NCBI GenBank assembly: GCA_030606335.1
Contig: JAUWGP010000013.1
Span: 2,346-66,345 of the forward strand
DNA: 64,000 nt
Direction of reading: 5' to 3'
DNA from: a candidate division WOR-3 bacterium
GTDB taxonomy: Bacteria > Hydrothermota > UBA3073
This document shows, one piece after another, positions 19,082-28,408 of the stretch (positions within the stretch are counted from its first letter, which is position 1; every line of letters begins with the position of its first letter). Both the position numbers and the translations under genes were made by a program. Below the pieces are notes generated by a model that did not search any database, was not told the origin of the DNA, and was given only the letters and a program-made list of their open reading frames with translations.

Positions 19082-20102
19082 GGGGTCAGGCTGGAATCTG
19101 GAAAATAAAACTTGCCATTGGTTGAGAATTATGGGATAATCAAATCCAAAGGAGACAGTAATGGCTCGTAAGCCACGTGTTGAATATCCAGGAGCTTTTT
19201 ACCATGTAATCACCCGTGGAAATCAGCGACGAGATATATTCACAGACAGCAGAGATCGAGAGCGGTGTATTAATAAACTCAAAGATTACAAAGAGAGATA
19301 TGAATTTTTTATCTATGCATATACATTAATGTCGAACCATATTCATCTCCTCATAGAAACAGGAAATACTTCACTTTCTAAAATCATGCAAGGGTTTCTA
19401 CAATCTTATACTCAATACTATAATAGGAAATATAATACAGTGGGACACCTTTTTCAAAGCAGGTATAAGGCAATACTCTGCGATAAGGATGCTTATCTTT
19501 TACAATTAGTGCGATATATACATCTGAATCCAGTACGAGCAAAAATAGTGGAGAATCCTTCCGATTATCTCTGGAGTAGTCATCGTGTTTATCTTGGGTT
19601 AGAAGGTACCTCCTTTATTGATTATGAGTTTGTGCTGGGGCAATTTTCAAACCATCCTATTGAGGCGAGAAGGATGTATGAAAATTTCATCTTTGACGGA
19701 TTAAAAGAGGAGAGAAAGGAGGAATACTCCAAAGGCATAGCAGGGAGGTTCTTGGGAGACAAGGACTTTATTGCTGATATAAAGAAGAGATTTGACAAAG
19801 AGCCTGTACTCAAGAATAAAACACTTCAGGAAGTAATAAAGATGGTAAAGCAGGTTACAGGACTTGGAGAAAGTGAATTAAAGGCGAGAAGTCGAGGGAA
19901 GAAAGAGGTTAAAGCGAGAAGTCTCTTTGTATATCTAAGTCTTTTGTATACGGATGCCAGCCGAATAGAGATAGCCCGACTATTATGCAGAGACCCTAAA
20001 ATGGTAACCCATTTGGAAAAGCAGTTCCAGGAAAAAGAGTGGAAAGAACTTGATACGATTATGCAAGATGGGGTTAGAAATTCCAGATTCCAGCCTGACC
20101 CC
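19082..20102 (+). mobile_element. IS200-like HuH transposase unit bounded by perfect 22-bp inverted repeats (GGGGTCAGGCTGGAATCTGGAA / TTCCAGATTCCAGCCTGACCCC)
   Basis: IR-L 19082-19103 and IR-R 20081-20102 are exact reverse complements; unit sits between a GH130 gene and the GH38 gene. Confidence 0.65.
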
Positions 20103-20114
20103 ATTGACCGATAG
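19161..20114 (+). CDS. Y1 (HuH) transposase-domain protein, IS200/RAYT-like, with C-terminal DnaA-C-like HTH
   Basis: FYHVITRGNQRRDIF...YAYTLMSNHIHLLIE (HuH motif HIH) and downstream Tyr-containing region; 3' end overlaps IR-R. Confidence 0.7.
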   Translation: MARKPRVEYPGAFYHVITRGNQRRDIFTDSRDRERCINKLKDYKERYEFFIYAYTLMSNHIHLLIETGNTSLSKIMQGFLQSYTQYYNRKYNTVGHLFQSRYKAILCDKDAYLLQLVRYIHLNPVRAKIVENPSDYLWSSHRVYLGLEGTSFIDYEFVLGQFSNHPIEARRMYENFIFDGLKEERKEEYSKGIAGRFLGDKDFIADIKKRFDKEPVLKNKTLQEVIKMVKQVTGLGESELKARSRGKKEVKARSLFVYLSLLYTDASRIEIARLLCRDPKMVTHLEKQFQEKEWKELDTIMQDGVRNSRFQPDPIDR

Positions 20115-20126
20115 AGGAAAGGTTAT

Positions 20127-23100
20127 ATGCACATTACTGCTCATATTATTTCTCATACACATTGGGATCGTGAATGGTTTTTGTCCAGTAAATATACTGA
20201 TGAGTGGTTAATTCCTTTTTTCAACTCCTTATTCAATTTGATGAATAAATATCCTGATTATTGTTTTGTTTTAGATGGTCAAACTTTAATGATAGAGGAT
20301 TATTTGCATCAACTTTCAAAAATAGAAAGAATAGAAGCGAAAAAGAAATTTAAAAAATATGTCAGCCAATCGAGATTGCTAATTGGTCCTTACTATCTTC
20401 AGCCAGATTGGCGTTTGGTTAGCGGAGAATCTTTGCTGCGTAATATCATTATTGGCCATCAAATGGCCCAAAAATTAGGCAAAGTAATGAAGGTTGGGTG
20501 GCTATTGGATAATTTTGGTCAAATTTCCCAGGCTCCACAAATACATAAAGGGTTTGATATTGATGGAGTATATTTATGGCGAGGAATAGAAGTAACTCCT
20601 GGGCATTTTCACTCAGAGTATTTCTGGAAATCGCCTGATGGCTCACAAGTTACATCTGTTTATTTGCTGAATAGTTACAGGAATGCAATGCGCTTGGCAG
20701 AGAACTCTGATATCGCTCAGGAAAGGATCGTGAGCGAAGTTAGAAAATTATCCTGCTTTGCTACAACGAATAACATTTTACTTATGAATGGTTACGATCA
20801 GGAAATGGTGCCTGATGATGTTCTTCCATTAATAAGAAAGGTCAATGCAGACCTAAAAGACATTCAGCTACTTCAAACGACTCCTGAGAAATACTTAAAA
20901 GCTGTTCAGAAAGAGAATCCATCACTGCTAACTTTGAAAGGTACTCAAAACAATGGTCGGTACATCTCTGTATTTCCTGGAACACTTTCTACCCGTATGT
21001 ATCTCAAACAAATGAATAGACAATGTGAAAATCAACTGATAAAATGGGCGGAACCGATGTCCAGTTTATTATGGGCTTTTGGGGGTGAATATCCCCAACA
21101 ATTAATGGATTTTGCCTGGAAAAAGTTACTCAAAAATCATCCACACGATAATATTTGTGGAGTCAGTATTGACGATGTACATAGTGATATGGAAGTTAGA
21201 TTCAAACAGAGTCAAGAAGCGTCTGAGAAAATAATCAGTCAGACCTTAAAAACAATAAGCGACAATATTGATACTCAACACGACCAAAATTTAGTGGTTT
21301 TCAACCCTTCCCCCTGGAAAAGAGACGGGATAGTTAAAGTTGCTCTGAAAGTCAAAGATGATTTTTCTATCTGTGAGGTTGATACAAACAAGCCCATCCC
21401 ATATCAAATTGGCAGGAAAAGAGGAGAATTGACAGATGTTTACTTTTTTGTCAGTTCAGTTCCAGCGGTAGGCTATAAAACTTATTATATTCATAATGAA
21501 CAAGTCGATGTGTCTTTGCCGGGTATGGTGACGGTTTCTCTCAAAGATTATACAATGGAGAATAAACATATTAAAGTTAAGATTAAGAGCAATGGCAGCA
21601 TAATTGTTATTGATAAAGAAACAGGGTGCCAGTATAACGCAATCGCCTATTTTGAAGATGGAGCAGATAGTGGCGATACCTACAACTATTCATTTCCCCC
21701 TGAAGATACAATAATTACAAGTTTAGATTCCAAAGCCCGTATCACTTTGATTGAACAAGGGCCTTTAGTGGCAATGTTTAAAATAGAATTATCAATGGAT
21801 ATTCCCATAGCATTGGTTAAAAACCGAAAACGACGCAGTAAGATAACTCGCCGATTCCCCATCGTTACTTTCGTTAGCCTGGAAGTTAATTCACCGCGCG
21901 TGGATTTTCATACCCAACTAAAAAATGTGACCAAAGACCATAGATTAAGGGTAGTATTTCCGACTTTTGCAGGCGCAAAGTATTCCACCTCTGACCGACC
22001 ATTTGATGTTGTTGATACTCCCATTTCATTTTCCCCTTATCCAACACGACTTCCATATAATATTAAGCAAATAATGATTGGAGCACGTGAATCTGTACCA
22101 GTGACCACGCTACCATTGAATTCTTTTGTTTATCTTAACGATGAAAACAGAGGAGCAGGGCTTATCACTCTGGGTCTATCCGAATACGAAATTATTGAAG
22201 AACACAAAATTGCTCTTGCTTTATTCCGGGCAATAGGATGGCTGGCAAGGGATGATTTGCTTACTAGAGTGGGCGATGCTGGTCCCATGATATTTACTCC
22301 AGAAGCTCAATGTTTGCGATATTGCGATTTTCATTATTCTTTTATGCCCTACCATGACAAGACAATCGGTTTTTTGTTTAAGCAGGCAGAACTATTTAAC
22401 ACGAGTTTAAAAGCAGTGTCCACTGGCAAACATAGAGGTATGCTGGAAAATAAAAAGGGTCTGCTCTGGTCAGAATCGGACAATGATGGTTTGGTTATCA
22501 GTGCAGTAAAAAAGGGAGAAAATGAAGACAAACTGATCATCAGACTCTTTAATCCGTTAGAGCAGGAAGTAAGAGGTGTATTGACATTTAATGGGAAAAT
22601 TCAACATGCAGAAATAAACAATCTGAATGAAGAGCTTAAAGATGAATCATCAACAAAGGATAATTCTATTCTTCTCAAAGTACCAGCCAAAAAGATAGTA
22701 ACTTTAGGAATAAAATTTAAAAAAAGAAACCTTATTAAAAATATATCTTCTTCTAAAACAAAAATACTTTTCCCTCTTGCTTTTGAAAAAGAAAATTTTT
22801 TAGATGTAGATATACCCGATATTGTGACAAAAGATGATATAAAACAAGAACAACAAAGAGCTGATCAATTACAAAAAAAGCTTTCTTGCAGTCAAAATAA
22901 GATGGAGAAAATAGAGAAAGAAATATTATCAAATAAAAACAAACGAAGATTAGCAAAATTTAAAAGGGAAAAAATCAGGATATGGGGGGTTGTAACGGCT
23001 CTTGCCAGAGCTGAATTAGAAGCGAGACTGTCACTGATACTTACTCAAAAAAAATATATTGAGTTATATGAATCTGATTATCAAAAGAAGAATGGCAAAA

Positions 23101-23222
23101 TGAATAAGTACGACTCAATGTTGAGAGAAATTGGTCTTATGCTTAATACTGCACGGATAACTAAAAGGGTCTCTGAATATTTAATACAAATTGATTCTCT
23201 TATTAACCAGGTGAAATCATAG
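20127..23222 (+). CDS. GH38 alpha-mannosidase with ~250-aa K/E-rich coiled-coil C-terminal extension
   Basis: HTHWDREW N-terminal signature and downstream GH38 architecture; 1031 aa. Confidence 0.85.
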   Translation: MHITAHIISHTHWDREWFLSSKYTDEWLIPFFNSLFNLMNKYPDYCFVLDGQTLMIEDYLHQLSKIERIEAKKKFKKYVSQSRLLIGPYYLQPDWRLVSGESLLRNIIIGHQMAQKLGKVMKVGWLLDNFGQISQAPQIHKGFDIDGVYLWRGIEVTPGHFHSEYFWKSPDGSQVTSVYLLNSYRNAMRLAENSDIAQERIVSEVRKLSCFATTNNILLMNGYDQEMVPDDVLPLIRKVNADLKDIQLLQTTPEKYLKAVQKENPSLLTLKGTQNNGRYISVFPGTLSTRMYLKQMNRQCENQLIKWAEPMSSLLWAFGGEYPQQLMDFAWKKLLKNHPHDNICGVSIDDVHSDMEVRFKQSQEASEKIISQTLKTISDNIDTQHDQNLVVFNPSPWKRDGIVKVALKVKDDFSICEVDTNKPIPYQIGRKRGELTDVYFFVSSVPAVGYKTYYIHNEQVDVSLPGMVTVSLKDYTMENKHIKVKIKSNGSIIVIDKETGCQYNAIAYFEDGADSGDTYNYSFPPEDTIITSLDSKARITLIEQGPLVAMFKIELSMDIPIALVKNRKRRSKITRRFPIVTFVSLEVNSPRVDFHTQLKNVTKDHRLRVVFPTFAGAKYSTSDRPFDVVDTPISFSPYPTRLPYNIKQIMIGARESVPVTTLPLNSFVYLNDENRGAGLITLGLSEYEIIEEHKIALALFRAIGWLARDDLLTRVGDAGPMIFTPEAQCLRYCDFHYSFMPYHDKTIGFLFKQAELFNTSLKAVSTGKHRGMLENKKGLLWSESDNDGLVISAVKKGENEDKLIIRLFNPLEQEVRGVLTFNGKIQHAEINNLNEELKDESSTKDNSILLKVPAKKIVTLGIKFKKRNLIKNISSSKTKILFPLAFEKENFLDVDIPDIVTKDDIKQEQQRADQLQKKLSCSQNKMEKIEKEILSNKNKRRLAKFKREKIRIWGVVTALARAELEARLSLILTQKKYIELYESDYQKKNGKMNKYDSMLREIGLMLNTARITKRVSEYLIQIDSLINQVKS

Positions 23223-23230
23223 AAAGGGTG

Positions 23231-25054
23231 ATGGATTTGAAGATTAAATGCTTAAATCCACTTTGGCGTAAAATGAAAAATGTCTTTAAAATAGTATTGA
23301 TACCCTTTTTGTTAAGCTGCATGTTGTTCTGTATCCCAGAAAAAGAGGAGAAAACCGTGCTTCGCACACTCGGTAGTTGGGATATGCCACCAATGTATAA
23401 TGGCAACCCATTCGCTCCCGGTGGAGTTGGAGCTGCCAGAGATTTTATCTATGGACCACTTTTTGGCTATGATGTATTTAAAGGCGAGTTCTGGCCATGG
23501 CTTACTTTAGAGCTTGAAGAGACACCAGAGATGTTGACAGTGAAACTGCGTAAGGATATCCTGTGGGAGGATGGCACACCTTTTACAAGTAATGATGTGT
23601 ATACAACTTTTGTTATTCATGGCGGACTTGGTGAGTGGTCTGAAATTTGGAGATATGTAGACAAGATTGAAATACCAGATAGCTTCACAGTAATTTTTCA
23701 CTACGGCTCCACGAACTCTATCATAGCCAAATTTTTTATACTTACTAACTTTATCGAGGCATGTGCTCATATTTATGGAAAGTGGTTAGATGAGGCAGAA
23801 GGATTATTGAAATCGCGCAAGGATATGTGGCAGAAGGCATCCCTGGGTGAAGATGTTAAAAAATTAAGTATTGAGTTAGGAGATAGAACTCACCAGTTTA
23901 AGGAAAACCTACATAAGTTTAAACCAGAAAAACCTGTTGGTTACGGTCCATTTAAGGTCAGAATTGTTATCCCAGATGAGATGGTTTTAGAGAAGTCTGA
24001 TACTTTCTGGGCGGCTAAGAATATATTGTTTGACGAAATTAGAATAGGCAGATTTACCACAAATGAACTTGTTTGGGCATCATTTATAGCAGGGGAAGTA
24101 GATATAGAAAAACCTGCTACTCCGATAGATGTAGTAAAAGCCATACTTAGAGCTCAGCCAAAAATCAAGCACATACCGGTATCAGATTTTACTGCTTTCT
24201 GTTTGGTCATGAACAACGAGAGATTTCCTTTTAGTGAAAAGGATTGTAGGAAAGCACTGGCATATATTATAGACAGAGACAAAGTCAGAATGGTTGCGCT
24301 CTACTATGGCACTACAGTAAAGTATCCTTGTGGGCTACTGCCATCTGTCTTGGATATCTGGACCATGCCTGAGTTTAGGCAAATTCTTAATCCATATATA
24401 TTAAATCATGATAAGGCTGCAGAACTACTTGAGGGTATAGGTTTGATTAAAGATAGGGATGGCTATTGGATGACAATGGATGGAGAGAAGCTGAACTTTG
24501 AGATTGCAACCAATCCCAATACAGACTGGGTTTTGGCTGCTGAGGAGATATCAAGACAACTAACCACCTTTGGTTTTAAAACCAATGTAAGGATAATTGA
24601 GGGAACTCTGTATGGATCCACACTGGGTGCTGGAGAGTATGATATGGCAATAGAGTTTGGGATATCAGCAAAACTTCATCCTGTGCAGGGATACAGGAAC
24701 TTGTATAAGTCGAGAGAATGGATTGCTCGCGTAACCAGGTTTGTTTCCAGGGTCACAGGACCTGATGGTGAGGAATTTAATCTTGATGAATTGCAGAAGG
24801 AGCTTTTTATGACTTCTGACCCGGGCAGTCAGAGGAAGATAATCGAAAAATTGGCCTGGGCAACCAATGAATACTTGCCTGTGATAGATTTATTAGAAAA
24901 AAATGCACAGTTTTTTATCTGTGACGGTGTTCGCGTTGCTGGCTGGCCATACGGGGATGAACTTCAGAATAAATTTGGCTTCAACTTTCGAATTGCAACA
25001 CTCAAGTGGATGATTGAGGGAACACTGAAACCTGGTCCAGTGAGGATTAGATGA
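23231..25054 (+). CDS. ABC transporter substrate-binding protein, family 5 (Opp/Dpp-type; oligosaccharide or peptide)
   Basis: SBP_bac_5-like length and motifs; alternative start ATG 23273 would give a lipoprotein-type signal (FLLSC lipobox). Confidence 0.7.
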   Translation: MDLKIKCLNPLWRKMKNVFKIVLIPFLLSCMLFCIPEKEEKTVLRTLGSWDMPPMYNGNPFAPGGVGAARDFIYGPLFGYDVFKGEFWPWLTLELEETPEMLTVKLRKDILWEDGTPFTSNDVYTTFVIHGGLGEWSEIWRYVDKIEIPDSFTVIFHYGSTNSIIAKFFILTNFIEACAHIYGKWLDEAEGLLKSRKDMWQKASLGEDVKKLSIELGDRTHQFKENLHKFKPEKPVGYGPFKVRIVIPDEMVLEKSDTFWAAKNILFDEIRIGRFTTNELVWASFIAGEVDIEKPATPIDVVKAILRAQPKIKHIPVSDFTAFCLVMNNERFPFSEKDCRKALAYIIDRDKVRMVALYYGTTVKYPCGLLPSVLDIWTMPEFRQILNPYILNHDKAAELLEGIGLIKDRDGYWMTMDGEKLNFEIATNPNTDWVLAAEEISRQLTTFGFKTNVRIIEGTLYGSTLGAGEYDMAIEFGISAKLHPVQGYRNLYKSREWIARVTRFVSRVTGPDGEEFNLDELQKELFMTSDPGSQRKIIEKLAWATNEYLPVIDLLEKNAQFFICDGVRVAGWPYGDELQNKFGFNFRIATLKWMIEGTLKPGPVRIR

Positions 25055-26043
25055 TGACTTCAATAACAAAACGGTTACTTGTCTCTTTTGTTACTATCTT
25101 TCTGGCGCTAAGTATTACTTTTTTCCTAACCAGAAAGATGCCAGGTGATATCTTTTACACAATGGCATTGGATAAGATGAGAACCGAGGGAATTCCTTTT
25201 GATGTAGCCTATGAACGGGTAATGGCTATTTATGGTATGGCTAGTGGTGAGCCCCTATACAAACAGTACTTCGCTTATCTTGGAAACACTATAAGAGGTC
25301 GTCTGGGTACGTCGATCTACTATCACATCTCTGTTAACAAAATAATCGCAAAGGCTATTCCATGGACAGTTTTTGTCTGCTCTATCTCCATATTCCTCGG
25401 TTTTATTATCGGTTCTGCCCTGGGTACGGTAATAGCATGGAAACGAAAAACAATTTTAGATCCATTAGCATCTGCGTATGCTTCGATTACTGATGCTACC
25501 CCTTCCTATATAATTGCGACTATACTTTTAGTTATCTTTGCTGTAAATCTTAAATGGTTTCCGATAAAGGGTGCATACAGTGTTGATGTTACCCCGGGCT
25601 TTAATCTACCATTTATTTGGAATGCACTCTATCATGCCACTTTGCCTATCCTGGCTTATACAATACCGGGCATCGGTGGTTGGATACTTACTATGAAAGC
25701 GAGTGCAATTAGTGTATTAGGTGAAGATTATGTATCAGCAGCCAAAGCCCGGGGCTTAAAGGAGAGAAGAATTGCTATATCCTATGTAGGTAGAAATGCC
25801 ATTTTGGCGCCTTTTACAAGTTTGGCAATTGTATTTGGTAGTATGTTAGGTGGTGCAACCCTTATAGAGAGTGTTTTTGCCTATCCTGGTATGGGCTTCT
25901 TTTTTGGAAAGGCTATAGGTCTTAGGGATTATCCGTTAATGCAAGGGCTATTCCTACTGACCATTGGCGGTGTAATATTGGCAACCTTACTTGCAGATTT
26001 TCTTTATGCTGCAATAGATCCAAGAGTTAGGAAAGGTGGATGA
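25051..26043 (+). CDS. ABC transporter permease (OppB/DppB-like)
   Basis: Six TM segments and an EAA-like loop (YVSAAKARGLKE). Confidence 0.85.
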   Translation: MMTSITKRLLVSFVTIFLALSITFFLTRKMPGDIFYTMALDKMRTEGIPFDVAYERVMAIYGMASGEPLYKQYFAYLGNTIRGRLGTSIYYHISVNKIIAKAIPWTVFVCSISIFLGFIIGSALGTVIAWKRKTILDPLASAYASITDATPSYIIATILLVIFAVNLKWFPIKGAYSVDVTPGFNLPFIWNALYHATLPILAYTIPGIGGWILTMKASAISVLGEDYVSAAKARGLKERRIAISYVGRNAILAPFTSLAIVFGSMLGGATLIESVFAYPGMGFFFGKAIGLRDYPLMQGLFLLTIGGVILATLLADFLYAAIDPRVRKGG

Positions 26044-26942
26044 AATTGATATTTGGTGAAACATCAAATAAATTAGGCAAGGCGTATAAAGACATAATAG
26101 GTTTCTTACGCTTCTTCAGGGGTAATAAAAGGGCTTTATTCGGTTTGTTCTTAACTCTATTGTTTATACTGATGGCTGTAATAGGACCTTATGTCGTTCA
26201 CCTTGATCTTACAACCAGATACTCAGAAAGATTTCAGCCTCCCTCAATTAAGCACATATTAGGCACCGACTTTGTAGGGCGAGACATTTTTGCTCAAATA
26301 GTTCATGGTGCCCGTGATGTTATAGCAGTAGCATTTCTTGCTGCCTTATTTGCTGTAGCCATAGGAGTGGTAATGGGTGGTTTTGCCGGGTTTGTTAGTG
26401 GTTGGGTAGATATGGTTTTGACAAGGATAATAGATGTTCTTTTGGTTATACCCTCTTTCCCGATAATGATGGTGTTTGCTGCATCTTTTAGGGTTAGAGA
26501 TCCTATAAGTATCAGTTTCATTCTTGCTATCTGGATGTGGGCTGGTCTGGCTCGAGCAATAAGGGCTCAGATATTATCTTTAAAAGAGAGGGAGTTCATA
26601 GAAGCTGCACAACTTTTAGGACTTGGTTCACGTCATATAGTTCTGAAAGAACTTATACCAAATTTGATGTCATATATAATTGTGAATTTCGTGAGGACGG
26701 CACGAGGAGCACTAACAGCAAGTGTTGGTCTAATGTTCCTGGGGATAATTCCATATTCACCCACAAACTGGGGAGTAATGATGAACTTAGCACTTTTTCA
26801 AACCGGTTCTATCTATGTACCTCGAGGATTATTTTATACACTATCTCCGATGTTATGCATAATACTCTTCCAATATGGCTTACTCTGTGTTGCCAGTGCA
26901 CTTGAAGAGGTTTTTAATCCAAGGCTCAGAGCATATGAATAG
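26040..26942 (+). CDS. ABC transporter permease (OppC/DppC-like)
   Basis: TM topology and EAAQLLGL motif. Confidence 0.85.
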   Translation: MKLIFGETSNKLGKAYKDIIGFLRFFRGNKRALFGLFLTLLFILMAVIGPYVVHLDLTTRYSERFQPPSIKHILGTDFVGRDIFAQIVHGARDVIAVAFLAALFAVAIGVVMGGFAGFVSGWVDMVLTRIIDVLLVIPSFPIMMVFAASFRVRDPISISFILAIWMWAGLARAIRAQILSLKEREFIEAAQLLGLGSRHIVLKELIPNLMSYIIVNFVRTARGALTASVGLMFLGIIPYSPTNWGVMMNLALFQTGSIYVPRGLFYTLSPMLCIILFQYGLLCVASALEEVFNPRLRAYE

Positions 26943-26958
26943 TATGCTCATTAATGAT

Positions 26959-27376
26959 GTCATTGCGAGGAGTCCGTCGTACTTCTTGACGGACGACGAA
27001 GCAATCCCAAGAGTCAACATAAGTGAATAAGTATTACTACATTTATATAATGACCAATAAGAGGAACACTGTACTTTATACAGGCGTTACTAATGACTTA
27101 AAAATAAGAACTTGCCAACATAAAGAGAAATTAGTTGAAGGATTTACAAAGAAATACAAAATCACCAAACTTGTCTATTACGAAGTATTTGATAACATAA
27201 AAAATGCCATCTTAAGAGAGAAACAGATTAAGGGCGGTTCAAGACAGAATAAAGTCGAGTTAATCAACAGTATGAATTCCAAATGGAAGGATTTATATGA
27301 TGAGGTATGAGATTGCCACGGGCTTTGCCCTCGCAATGACCCTCTAGGTCGGATTGCTTTGCTTCGCTCGCAATGA
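26959..27376 (+). mobile_element. GIY-YIG minigene cassette bounded by REP-like hairpin repeats in inverted orientation (GTCATTGCGAGG ... GCTCGCAATGAC)
   Basis: Repeat copies 26959-27008 and 27310-27376 flank the 95-aa ORF; cassette lies between the oppC-like and oppD-like genes. Confidence 0.5.
27023..27310 (+). CDS. GIY-YIG nuclease-family protein (free-standing, 95 aa)
   Basis: YYIYIMTNKRNTVLYTGVTNDLKIRTCQHK matches GIY-x10-YIG...R...E/H pattern; GTG start, no clear RBS. Confidence 0.7.
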   Translation: MNKYYYIYIMTNKRNTVLYTGVTNDLKIRTCQHKEKLVEGFTKKYKITKLVYYEVFDNIKNAILREKQIKGGSRQNKVELINSMNSKWKDLYDEV

Positions 27377-27430
27377 CAGATGTTTTATCAATAATAAAGA
27401 GACTTTACAGTAAGGTGACAAAGTCAAGTT

Positions 27431-28408
27431 ATGGCTATACCTATTATAACTATAAAAGACCTTGTAGTTGAGTACAAGGTGAGGGAAGGAGCGATAAGGG
27501 TAGTTGATGACGTCTCACTTGAAGTACCCAAAGGTCGATTTACTGCACTCATTGGTGAGAGTGGGTGCGGTAAGACTACCATAGTAGAGGCTATTCTTAA
27601 CACTTTACCTCCCAATGGTTATATAAGGAAGGGTGAAATACTATTTAATGGGAAGAATTTACTCTCATTGAAAGAGGAAGAGCAAAGGCGGTTTAGATGG
27701 AAAAAGATTGCAACTGTCTTCCAGGCAGCACAGAATTCATTAAATCCAATAAAGGTGATAGGAGAGCAGATGGTAGAGACAATTTTAGATCATGAGAGTG
27801 TATCTAAAAAAGAAGCACTAAAGAAATCTTCTAATCTACTTGAACTTGTTGGATTGGAACCCTCTCGTGTTGTTAATTCTTATCCGCATGAGATAAGCGG
27901 TGGTATGAAGCAGAAGGTTATTATCGCCACGAGCCTACTACTCGATCCAGAGATGCTTATTCTGGATGAGCCCACAACTGCTTTAGATCTGATAACTCAA
28001 TTCTATCTCCTGGAAACCTTGGGGAAGCTCCATAAAAAATTAGGAATCACCATGATGATGGTGACCCATGATGTATCAAATGTTGCTCGTCATGCTGATA
28101 GGGTAGCAATAATGTACGCAGGCAAGATAGTGGAAGTAGGTGATATAGATGAGATATTCTACAATTCGCATCATCCCTATACAATTGGCCTTTTAAATTC
28201 AATCCCATCAATTATTGGTGACCTCAGCAAAAAGAAGCCCATACCCGGACTACCACCAAGCTTACTTGATCCACCTTCAGGGTGTAGGTTTCATCCAAGG
28301 TGCTCGTATACTGAGGAAGTATGTAAGAATATAGTGCCAGAACTCAAATCTATTGGGAATGAACATCTTACAGCGTGTCTTAGGTGGTCAGATATAACCA
28401 CAGAGTGA
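27431..28408 (+). CDS. ABC transporter ATP-binding protein (OppD-like)
   Basis: Walker A GESGCGKTT, signature ISGGMKQK, Walker B LILDEPTTALD, C-terminal Cys-rich oligopeptide-type tail. Confidence 0.85.
   Translation: MAIPIITIKDLVVEYKVREGAIRVVDDVSLEVPKGRFTALIGESGCGKTTIVEAILNTLPPNGYIRKGEILFNGKNLLSLKEEEQRRFRWKKIATVFQAAQNSLNPIKVIGEQMVETILDHESVSKKEALKKSSNLLELVGLEPSRVVNSYPHEISGGMKQKVIIATSLLLDPEMLILDEPTTALDLITQFYLLETLGKLHKKLGITMMMVTHDVSNVARHADRVAIMYAGKIVEVGDIDEIFYNSHHPYTIGLLNSIPSIIGDLSKKKPIPGLPPSLLDPPSGCRFHPRCSYTEEVCKNIVPELKSIGNEHLTACLRWSDITTE

Noticed and set aside
19826-20104. Antisense ORFs inside the transposase gene, and similar antisense ORFs inside GH92 (45912-46586), GH38 (20449-20646, 22349-22956) and the ABC genes (26303-26521, 28380-28592)
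   Set aside because: All are short and antisense to well-supported long genes. No independent evidence.
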